Assembly (NCBI RefSeq): GCF_006345805.1
Contig: NW_021824519.1
Span: forward strand, 1 to 18,408
DNA from: Octopus sinensis
Lineage: Eukaryota
Length of the DNA stretch: 18,408 nt
Reading direction: 5' to 3'
Shown: in pieces, positions 9,481 through 18,387 of the stretch
How the letters are laid out: every line of letters starts with the position of its first letter
Numbering within the stretch: the first letter of the stretch is position 1
The notes under the pieces: generated by a model
The model's input: the letters and a program-made list of their open reading frames with translations, nothing else
Told to the model about the DNA's origin: nothing
Databases searched by the model: none
Position numbers and translations under genes: made by a program

Positions 9481-10514
9481 GTCTTATGTACGTACCATAT
9501 GCATTTATATTTTTACGTATAAATTTGTGTGTTTGTGTTTGTAGCAGCAACAGAGAAAAGTAAAGAAAAGCAAAAGAATAAGAAAGTTGAAGAGAGATTA
9601 ATGATAAAAAACAAATTGCAGAATAAAAGAATAACGGTTAGGACGAAATTAACGAACACTCAGGAAAGCTCAGTCGACGACTGACGAATAGAGAATGTTA
9701 GTAGACATCATTATAACCCCAGGTACGTAGAATTATAATGCCAGAAGTGTACACATTACAAAACTAGGTACTTAGAATAATAACGGCCATGTTGTTAAGG
9801 ACACCAAGTCTGTGATGTGGGCGATAACAGAAATAAATAGTAAAAGATTTGGTGGAAGTAAGGAAAAGTGAAGAGTAAGAAAGTATAAAAAGGAGAGGTG
9901 AATGTAGCGTTACTACATGGTGTGAAGTCATTGTGAGAACGAATGCACGGTAATTTCCGTTTCCCGTTCTTTCAGTGGTGTCCGCAAATTCATACATGTT
10001 AAGTTATCCTTGTGCCGATGTCACTTATTCGGGTGGGATTCCTATGGATTTCCCCGACAGGCTTGCTTACTTTGCCAATGCGTTGTAGAGTTGCCGTTCT
10101 GTATCCCCCAATGTGTGATATAAGGGAAAGTCACCAACTTCCGTTATCTGTTTGCACTTCTGGTCGTGTTCGCAGGCGCGTAACTGTTCGCATCTTATTT
10201 CTCATTTGCAAGCCTTCGGCGGCTTATTTCTGAATTCCATGTTAGTCTCACTAACTTTACAAGTGCGCTGTAGATTTACAGACCCGGTTCCTTCGTCTAG
10301 TAGTACTCTACTGACTATTAAGGTTCCACTTAGAAATGGTCTATAATAATTGCCTGAGGTTGTGGGTACTCTCAATGCAAAATTACCTGAGTGCTCAGAG
10401 CAGATTCCACCGGTTTGGCTATCAAAGCATTTCAATATCCTTTGGATCCTTGTGCGGTAAATAGCACCAAGAGGTTATGTGTTCATGCTGTGTATACGTA
10501 CATGGGTATATGAC

Positions 10515-10650
10515 ATCTCGTAGCTTAGTAGTTATGTTGTTGGGTTCACGGTGGTAAGGTTATAGGTTCGATTTCCAAACCGAGTCACTTGGTGTATTGG
10601 AAAAAACACTTCGTTTCACGTTGATACTGTTTACTCACCTAGAAATCAGC
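10515..10650 (+). mobile_element. Degenerate SINE 5' half (tRNA head plus central domain)
   Basis: A box TAGCTTAGTAG (10521-10531) and B box GGTTCGATTTCC (10565-10576). The following cacgttgatactgtttactcacctagaaat resembles catgttgctccaatccacacaactggcaaaa of the SINE at 17222. Confidence 0.6.
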
Positions 10651-11479
10651 TGGATCGAGAGCTAAGCGCCTCTTTATAGAATATTGCTCGAAGTCGTGCA
10701 AGTGTAAGATGTCAACGACCCTTAACGGCAGAGAAACACTTGGTGATGGTATACGTATAATGGGTTCCTTGCAGTGGGTCCCACTGCCAATCTCACTTCC
10801 TCTTACGATATCTTGCTGTTGATGTATTCGAAGGTAGTACAGTCTGACGACGAAACACTTCTTCATTACACGTAGTGTTTCAGCCGAGAGCTGCACTTTA
10901 CACGTGAGTCCAATATTACAGTTAGGTGGATCAAACTACATATAAATCAGTATAGCAAGGGAACGAATCACTCGTTAATTACAGGGCATTTCCTCACACT
11001 ATGAAGGAAATTCAGCTGCTATTTTTAGGAAATAGGTTGAGTAACCATGTTATTACAATCCTCCTCCACGCTTATTCTAACAACCCTAACTGGAAAATCC
11101 TGCTCAAGATATTTTACAACTTAAACGTAAAAAACCATAGCATAAACAGCACTAATTTTACTACAATTGGGCATTTACAACCGGGATAAGCCAAAGACTA
11201 CTGTCTGGTCTTGTGCAGGACTTTGAGCAATGGAATGAATTCATTTTACATACAATGGTAACATGAATTGATGGCATCGCGATTATTAAGTCATCCGTTA
11301 TCTCAGACTTTATTATTAGGGGAATATGCAAAGGGAGATGTTCTCCGACGACGGAGAACAACAGCAATCAGAGATTACCGTTAGAATCTGTCAGATCGTA
11401 TCAAGAGGAATAGGATAGGTTATTGGTTGTTCTTCGTTTTTTTTCTTTTCATCATTCCATACGCACACAAGCAGAAACA

Positions 11480-11545
11480 GACACACACACACACACACAC
11501 ACACACACAACACACACACACACACACACGCACACATATATGTAC
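11480..11545. repeat. (CA)n microsatellite
   Basis: Read directly. Confidence 0.95.
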
Positions 11546-12029
11546 GCATATTCACAATCACAAAGGCCTTGGCCTTAGCACCTACTCAAGAAAACATTTA
11601 CACTATTTCAAAGGATAACATTTACAAATTTTATTCCGATTCACCACGCAGCTGTCTCTTCAAAATACACACTGAGACGCAAACCTCGAGGTACACAAAC
11701 ACACCCACGCACGCCTGCACATACACGCAGACACTCAGACACACGCACAGAAACAGAGATACACACACATACTTTAATAACATAATTAAACATTAATAAT
11801 TTTCGATTTAAATCGTAAAGAACGAATTATAAGACAGTGAGACTTCCAATTACCTAAACAAATATTTTAACACCGTAATTACCTGGATTCAATTATCTTT
11901 ATCATAAAAGTAACAACACCGACTACAACTTATATATTACACCCACGCTTCTCATACATATGCGCTTGATCGCTACGTGGTTCGCCTTCTTACCTTCGAG
12001 GGAAAAGCACCAGGTACAACTAACTGCTT

Positions 12030-12422
12030 TGCTTGCTTGTTGTTCGTGAATGGCTGAATGCCCATTCTCCTGAGAGCTGGTTAGGCCGTCGTGGTCCCCA
12101 TGATTAGCCGGCCGAGAGCCCTGATTTAACACCTTGCGACTTTTTTCTATGGAATTGGTGAAAGGAGCAAGTCTACTCTAGCAAACCAACGAATTTGGAA
12201 GAACTTGAAAGGCGAATACAAGAAGTTATGTTTTCCATCCTACAAGGGTTCCTTACGAAATCAAGCGGGCGGCTTGAGAAGCTGGTGACGAATGCTGGTG
12301 CCTATATCGAATTTTGAATAAAACTTTATGCTACACGCTTTTTTCACATACTTATTTATTCTAAAAATTATAGTTAATAAATAAATATTTTAAAATAGTG
12401 AGTTACTTTTCAATCACCTTGC

Positions 12423-12424
<2 letters not shown>
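12030..12424 (+). mobile_element. Decayed Tc1/mariner-superfamily transposon 3' end (DD41D/rosa-like), 5'-truncated
   Basis: 12039-12317 translates VVREWLNAHSPESWLGRRGPHD*PAESPDLTPCDFFLWNW*KEQVYSSKPTNLEELERRIQEV...NAGAYIEF*. A putative 3' TIR aaatagtgagttacttttcaatcaccttg at about 12393-12421 is followed by (TA)n. Confidence 0.85.
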
Positions 12425-12467
<43 letters not shown>

Positions 12468-12480
12468 CATATATGTGTGT
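12424..12480. repeat. (TA)n microsatellite at the transposon end
   Basis: Read directly. Confidence 0.9.
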
Positions 12481-12779
12481 GGGTGGGGTGGGGGCTAATG
12501 TTTTGCTTGGGAACAGCGATCCTAATAATGTGGTGTTAGAACTCGATATAGATATGCTTTAGGAAAAAGCGACAGTCGAGTACAGAGCTTAATAAGGAAT
12601 TAAACAAATGACAAGAGAATTAGAAATTATGCCATTAACTTCATTAGCGTATAGTTGTTTCTGCTATAAACTGCAGTGTACTCGTAGCTTCGTCAGAGCT
12701 TCTCACTAGTCATTTATTTAATTTCGTATTACGCTATGTATGAGTGTTTGCCTGTGCGCGCGCGAGTACGTGTCTGTAG

Positions 12780-12932
12780 TTTTGTTCCCCGCACCCCTTG
12801 ACAACCGGTGTAGATTCTGCAAAAGAGACCAACAAAATAAGCACCGGACTAAAAAATAAGTACTCGGATTGATTGTTTCAAGGCGGTGCTCCAGCATGAC
12901 CAATAATTCAATGAGTGAAACAAGAAAAAAAA
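12780..12932 (+). mobile_element. Degenerate 3' half of SINE family A, about 65 nt into the intron downstream of the guanylate cyclase exon
   Basis: cttgacaaccggtg, gcaaaagagacc, aaggcggtgctccagcatgacc, tgaaacaag and an A-rich tail. Confidence 0.75.
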
Positions 12933-12996
12933 ACACAGTAAAAACTATAGATAATCACTAAAAAAAAAATACGACTAAATCGATGCATCTGCTTAC

Positions 12997-13567
12997 CTCA
13001 TTGATGACGTCACTTCCTCTGGAAAGTTGTGCTATGCTGAGGACAAAAGTGGAATTCACCCGAGCAAGAAATGACATGTAGTCCATTCGAACTCGTGGTC
13101 GCTTCAACTCAAAGTACGTGCCAAAGAATAGTCCCTTGCTCGCAATTTCAGGGGCAATCATTTTCATGAGAGCACTACCGAGCTGAGTAATCTGGAGGTC
13201 ACGGTCGAATATCACGTGGAAAGGAAATGTCTTACAAAAGGTCCTCACGCCGATTTTCAGGTCGGCCGGGTTGCTCGACATGATTGCATGATGTTCCGTC
13301 AATAAACTACCTCCGCTGGTCGGTAACGCTGTTGACGAGACACCTTCCGAACTGTTTTTCGACGCCGTTTCCGGCTCGTGACTCAACGTGATGGTCACGT
13401 GGTGAATTTGTTGCGTTGGTTTTCTGTATTGCGACACCTTAACAACCAGGTTGTGCACCGAGAACAGGATGACGCCGGTCGCCAGGACGACACCACCCAT
13501 GAAGAAACGCATCTGAGGACGATCTGTGTATAGGTGGACGATGAGCTTTCCATCTTCTGTAGCACAT
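12997..13567 (-). CDS. GUCY1A-like: Internal exon (571 nt) of a soluble guanylate cyclase, probably alpha-type subunit: H-NOX C-terminus, linker and PAS/H-NOBA start
   Basis: One base plus 190 open codons, CATEDGKLIVHLYTDRPQ...ADLKIGVRTFCKTFPFHVIFDRDLQITQLGSALMKMIAPEIASKGLFFGTYFELKRP...RVNSTFVL...DVINE. FCxxFPFHxxFDR and FxLxRP are H-NOBA/PAS hallmarks. Acceptor tttcaacAG (AG at 13568-13569) and donor GAG|GTAAGC (GT at 12995-12996). The alpha-versus-beta call is inference. Confidence 0.93.
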
Positions 13568-13572
13568 CTGTT

Positions 13573-13804
13573 GAAACAACAACAACAATATATAATATAA
13601 TAATAATAATAATATAATAATATAATAATAATAATAATAATAATGATAAAATAATGATAATAATAATAATAATAGTAATAATATAAAATAATAATAATAA
13701 TAATAATAATGATAATAATAATAATGATAATAATAATATAAAGAATAAATAAATAATATAATAATAATAATAATAATAATATAATAATATATAATAATAA
13801 TAAT
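13573..13804. repeat. (AAC)n-(AAT)n imperfect microsatellite directly upstream of the exon acceptor
   Basis: Read directly. On the gene strand it reads (TTA)n(TTG)n up to tttcaacag. Confidence 0.95.
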
Positions 13805-14197
13805 AAGATCAGTAAATATAAAGACTTGCTAATAGAAATTGAAAAAAATGTGCATCTCAAGGCGACTACAGAACCAGTGATTGTAGGATCTCTAGGAATG
13901 ATAAAAAAAAGGTACTGGGACCTATTTGAAAATGATACCAGGCTTACCATCCCTAAAGGAAGTGCAAAAAATCGTATTAACTGGAATGGCTCATGTACTG
14001 AGAAGAGCACTATCGCTGTGAAAACAACATCCATCCATGAATTTATTTATTTATTAATTTTTTTTAAATACATATTTTACCTGTGAATCTGCGTGTGTAC
14101 TCTGGGAATGCATACAATGAGCTTCTCTGCCCTAGGTGTACGGAAAACACTCGGCGAGAAACGGAAGAGAATTTGAAGAAAGAAGGAAAAAAAAAAA
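13805..14197 (+). mobile_element. R4/Dong-type LINE 3' fragment, family B copy 1
   Basis: With frameshifts it reads KISKYKDLLIEIEK...EPVIVGSLGMIKK...MIPGLPSLKEVQKIVLTGMAHVLRRALSL* (stop 14019-14021). The 3' UTR has ctctgccctagg...acactcggc, then an A-tail and (AAT)n. Confidence 0.85.
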
Positions 14198-14207
14198 TAA
14201 TAATAAT

Positions 14208-14405
14208 TTCTTTCCCAATTTCCCCTTTCTTTTCTTCGTATACATTTTGTTTTTTATTTTTCATTTTTTCTCTCTATCTTTCTTCCCCTTTTTGTGTTTC
14301 ACATGACTTTGTAAATGGACAATTTGGTGCGTTTATTTCAATGGCCTACCAATGTATACAATGCGTTTCTCTGCCCTAGGTTTCAGGAAGACACTCGGCG
14401 AGGAA
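14208..14405 (+). mobile_element. R4/Dong-type LINE family B copy 2 (3' UTR only, 3' end apparently clipped)
   Basis: aatggcctaccaatgtatacaatgcgtttctctgccctagg...gaagacactcggc is shared with copies 1 and 3 and sits between (AAT)n tracts. The left boundary is uncertain. Confidence 0.7.
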
Positions 14406-14421
14406 TATAATAATAATAATG

Positions 14422-14470
<49 letters not shown>
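14406..14470. repeat. (AAT)n microsatellite
   Basis: Read directly. Confidence 0.95.
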
Positions 14471-14471
<1 letters not shown>

Positions 14472-16073
14472 GGGTATAAAATGTTTGATAAAAATATAAA
14501 CCATCTCGTTTACATGGATGATTTAAAGCTTTTTGCAAAAAATGATCAACAACTCAAGGGCTTACTAGCGATAGTCAAACAATTCAGTGACGACATCAGA
14601 ATGCAATTCGGCCTCGATAAATGTGCAAAGGCTACCTTTATCAAAGGAAAAATGACAGAAACATCTAACGTTAACCTTGACCAACAGAATGTCATAAAAG
14701 AAGAAACTAGACCAGCGGAGAGCTACAAGTACCTAGGGATAATTGAAGGGAACGGAATAAGGCATTCAGAGATGAAGGAAAGGATCAGGAGAGAATGCTA
14801 TCGAAGAGTGAGAGCAATACTCAAGACAGGGCTGAATGCAAGAAACAGGATCGAAGCAATCAATGCATTAGCTATACCAGTCGTGACTTACAGTTTCAAT
14901 ATGTTAACTGGTCAATTACTGAAATATGTCAGCTCGACAGAAAAATAAGGAAAACTGTTGACAATACATAGAATGCACCACCCTAAGGCAGATACAGAAC
15001 GACTCTATCTGCCAAGAAAAGAGGGAGGCCGTGGTCTTTTGCAACTGGCAATAACAATGAAGAAGATTGCTACAATTGGCCTAGACACCTACCTGAAAAA
15101 CTCTGAGGACTGGATGTTAAAACTTGTCTCAAAACATGAAAACAAGAAAGCATCATACTCAGTCACAAAACAGGCAAAGAAATATCTAAGTGAATTCCGA
15201 ATACAACCAATTTCGGAATTAGAGATAGATATACAAGAAACAAGCACAGAAAAAGCTAGGCGCATGAAAACCCGTGCCAAAACTGCGGCCTTAGATATTC
15301 TGAATAATAAATGGCAAGAAAAACCTCTCTATGGCAAATACCCAAAGAGAGCGAATAATGCAGATATCGACAAAGCCCTGACCCATCAAGGCTAATGGCC
15401 TCTGGCTTAAAATCTGAAACAGAGGGGTTTATCATAGCAGCTCAAGATCAATGCCTACCAACAAGAAACTACCAGGCCAACATATTAAAGATCAGAAGCA
15501 GTCCAACGTGTCGTGTATGCAAGCAACAAAATGAAACATTGACCATGTGGTCTCCAAGTGCAGTCTTCTAGCGCCTACAGAGTATCTCAACAGGCACGAT
15601 AGAGCTGCACAATATATTCACTGGGTAATCTGTAAAAACCTGGATTTGCCCCATGAAAAAAACTGGTGGGAACACAAACCACCCCCAGTGCTTGAAAATG
15701 ACCACATCTCACTCCTCTGGAACTTCACCATTCAAACTGACAGGAAGATAGATGCAAATAGGCCAGACATCATATTGAAAAACTTCAAACAAAGAACATG
15801 CCTCCTCATTGATATGACTGTCCCAATCGATATAACGTATCTGTCAAGACCTACCAAAAACTGAGCAAATATAAAGATCTTGAAATAGAAATCAGCAAAA
15901 TGTGGAAGCTGAAGACTAAAACAATACCTGTTGTCATAGGTGCCCTGGGAATGATAGCCAAGGGGCTGATAGCTACCTAACTCAGATACCAGGAAACCCC
16001 AAAATGGCAGAAGTTCAAAAGATAGTGCTCATGGGAACTGCTCTATATCCTACGCAAAATACTCTCTATGTGA
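14471..16073 (+). pseudogene. Frameshifted RT-CCHC-RLE polyprotein C-terminal part
   Basis: Track ORFs 14352..14948, 14958..15395 and 15547..15864 plus intervening frames join into one protein ending EVQKIVLMGTA...RKILSM* (stop 16071-16073). Confidence 0.88.
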
Positions 16074-16289
16074 ATCTCAAGGTTTAAACCAAACATAATT
16101 TTCATTTTCGGTAAAAAAAAAAAAAAAACCTTTTTTTTTTAGACATTCATTAGTACAACATCCCCACCCCCTAAATATATGGCACACTAGGCATAACAAC
16201 AACATGAACTTCCAACCCTGTTGTCTCTTGAGGTCTCTGGGTGAGACTTGGAGCCAACTTGTACAAATATAAAGCAAAAGTCAAACATA

Positions 16290-16290
<1 letters not shown>
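14471..16290 (+). mobile_element. 5'-truncated R4/Dong-clade (restriction-like endonuclease) non-LTR retrotransposon, family A
   Basis: RT motif YMDD (14511-14522), FGLDKC, YKYLGI, LYLPRKEGGRGL, CCHC zinc knuckle CRVC-x7-H-x4-C (from 15509) and RLE motifs RPDII and KLSKYKDL. Both ends abut (AAT)n. Confidence 0.93.

Positions 16291-16376
<86 letters not shown>
16291..16376. repeat. Pure (AAT)n microsatellite
   Basis: Read directly. Confidence 0.97.
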
Positions 16377-16703
16377 GGCGGTTACAATACCAGTGACCGT
16401 AGGAGCACTAGGATGATCAAGAAGGGAACCGAAAGTTATATGAGAATGATCCCTGGCTTACCATCCCTGCAAGAAGTGCAAAAGATTGTCTTAACTGGTA
16501 CATCACACGTATTGAGAAGAGCATTGTCGGTGTGATAATTGTTGCTGCTCATGTATTTTAATTTAACTTTAAAAAAAAAAAAATGAACGAACTAGTGAGC
16601 TTAGTTTAATGGCCTACCAATGTATACTATGAGTTTCTTTGCCCTAGGAGTCGGGAAGACACTTGGCAGGAAATGGAAGCAAATTTGAAAGAAGAAGAAA
16701 AAA
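16377..16703 (+). mobile_element. R4/Dong-type LINE 3' fragment, family B copy 3
   Basis: AVTIPVTVGALG(fs)MIKKGTESYMRMIPGLPSLQEVQKIVLTGTSHVLRRALSV* (stop 16533-16535), then the family B 3' UTR, A-rich tail and (AAT)n. Confidence 0.85.
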
Positions 16704-16720
16704 TGATAATAATAATAATA

Positions 16721-16768
<48 letters not shown>

Positions 16769-16770
16769 TA
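16702..16770. repeat. (AAT)n microsatellite
   Basis: Read directly. Confidence 0.95.
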
Positions 16771-16986
16771 TAATTTAATTAAAAAAAAGAAGAAGCGTTA
16801 GGGAATTCAAAACCCACAGACCAAATAATCTGTTTATTACCAATATACTAAGTCCTGACATTTATGTGTGCTGGTATCTCAACTGGAAGATAATAATGCT
16901 GTAACAGACGAGCAGAACGTGACGTAAAGTTGTAAAAAAAGCAAGCTATTGGTGAATGGAGAAGTGATTGAAGGCTGCACAGAGCG

Positions 16987-17052
16987 AGATAGATAGATAG
17001 ATAGATAGAGATAGAGAGAGAGATTGAGAGAGAGAGAGAGAGATAGAGAGAG
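16987..17052. repeat. (AGAT)n/(AG)n microsatellite
   Basis: Read directly. Confidence 0.9.
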
Positions 17053-17221
17053 TGAAGAAATTTATAAGTGTGGAATGGTTAGATTTCTGAAAAAAAGTAT
17101 TTCGGCAATATATCGCACGCCTGGATATTGGAGACATTACATATAAACAAAGAAGTCGCTATATTAAGACTTTTATATCTAATACGCCGTCTCAGATATA
17201 GTATTAACCGATAATATGAAA

Positions 17222-17542
17222 GTGCGTGGCTCAGTGGCTCGGCTACTCGTCTCCCGATTGTAAGTACGTGAGAACGATCCCAGCCGGCGCGTTTTGCCAT
17301 TCAGCAAGTTACTTTTCCCCCCATGTTGCTCCAATCCACACAACTGGCAAAACTGAGCAGTACCTTTATTTCAAGGGCCCGCTTTGTCACATTCTGTTCC
17401 ACTCTGAGTCTCCCTGAGAAACTAAGTTACGGGTACACCTGACTGTGGAGTGCTCAGCCACTTGTACGTTAATCTCAGGAGCAGGCTGTTCCGTTGATCA
17501 GATCTCATTGGAAATCTCGTCATTGTCGTAACCGACGGAGTG
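17222..17542 (+). mobile_element. Diverged tRNA-derived SINE sharing its 3' half with family B but with a different 5' half
   Basis: A box TGGCTCAGTGG (17227-17237). The 3' half (tatttcaagggcc, ttgtcaca, ctgtggagtgctcagccactt, ttccgttgatc, accgacggagtg) matches the reverse complement of about 5925-6120. Confidence 0.8.
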
Positions 17543-17811
17543 ATAGAAATAACCGATAATATTACAAGATAAAGGGTAGATAATAAAAAATAAGAACCTA
17601 TCCACATAAAAAAGAGGAATGTTTAGTGAGAAGCGTCATCTACAATTTATAATCTGTAAGAATGAAAACGGATAAATGTTGATAGCCCGTCATGAGTTCT
17701 CAGGATCGATTTCACTAGCAAGACTGAATGACGAGTTGGTCATTATTATGAGTAAATTCAATCAGTTTCGCCCTGTTTTCTTTTTTTTTAAATTCTTATA
17801 AAATAACGATA

Positions 17812-18227
17812 GGCGCAGGAGTGGCTGTGTGGTAAGTAGCTTGCTAACCAACCACATCGTTCCGGGTTCAGTCCCACTGCGTGGCATCTTGGGCAAGTGT
17901 CTTCCGCTATAGCCCCGGGCCGACCAATGTCTTGTGAGTGGATTTGGTAGACCGAAACTGAAAGAAGCCTGTCGTATATATGTATATATATCTATATAAG
18001 TGTGTGTGTATATGTTTGTGTGTCTGTGTTTGTCCCCCTAGCATTGCTTGACAACCGATGCTGGTGTGTTTACGTCCCCGTCACTTAGCAGTCCGGCAAA
18101 AGAGACCGATAGAATAAGTACTGGGCTTACAAAGAATAAGTCCCGGGGTCGATTTGCTCGACTAAAGGCGGTGCTCCAGCATGGCCGCAGTCAAATGACT
18201 GAAACAAGTAAAAGAGTAAAAGAGTAT
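17812..18227 (+). mobile_element. Full-length tRNA-derived SINE family A
   Basis: A-box-like TGGCTGTGTGG, B-box-like GGGTTCAGTCCC, central cttgggcaagt, internal TA/GT microsatellite, aaggcggtgctccagcatggccgcagtc and a (gtaaaaga)2 tail. Confidence 0.93.
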
Positions 18228-18387
18228 AGCAGATTGCTCACAACTGTCCATGGATTCGCTTGTGATATATATTTCTATACATACATATATGTGTATGGAA
18301 ATATACATCACCTTCTGTCTAATGAATAACATTTATCTCTCTTCAGATGTACGTTTTTAGTTGATCTGACCATCACGGAACAGTAGA

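Noticed and set aside
9764-10435. Short ORFs on both strands (64-77 aa) as protein-coding genes
   Set aside because: No recognisable domain, stops in all frames and no consistent exon chain. Kept only as part of a low-confidence antisense transcript idea.
1-12996. Further guanylate cyclase exons (next expected motif LKGQM, then coiled coil and cyclase domain)
   Set aside because: A by-eye search for CAT-YTG-NCC-YTT and inspection of minus-strand ORFs found none. The upstream H-NOX exon was also not seen in 13568-18408. A short or diverged exon could have been missed, and tBLASTn would settle it.
12958-14034. 358-aa minus-strand ORF as a complete gene
   Set aside because: It is a chimera of antisense Dong sequence, (TTA)n translated as poly-I/L/Y, the real 571-nt exon and intron read-through. 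Only 12997-13567 is coding.
6230-17880. tRNA genes at A/B-box motifs (6240-6307, 7700-7762, 10515-10580, 17222-17285, 17812-17880)
   Set aside because: They are SINE heads that continue into SINE bodies, and I could not fold a cloverleaf.
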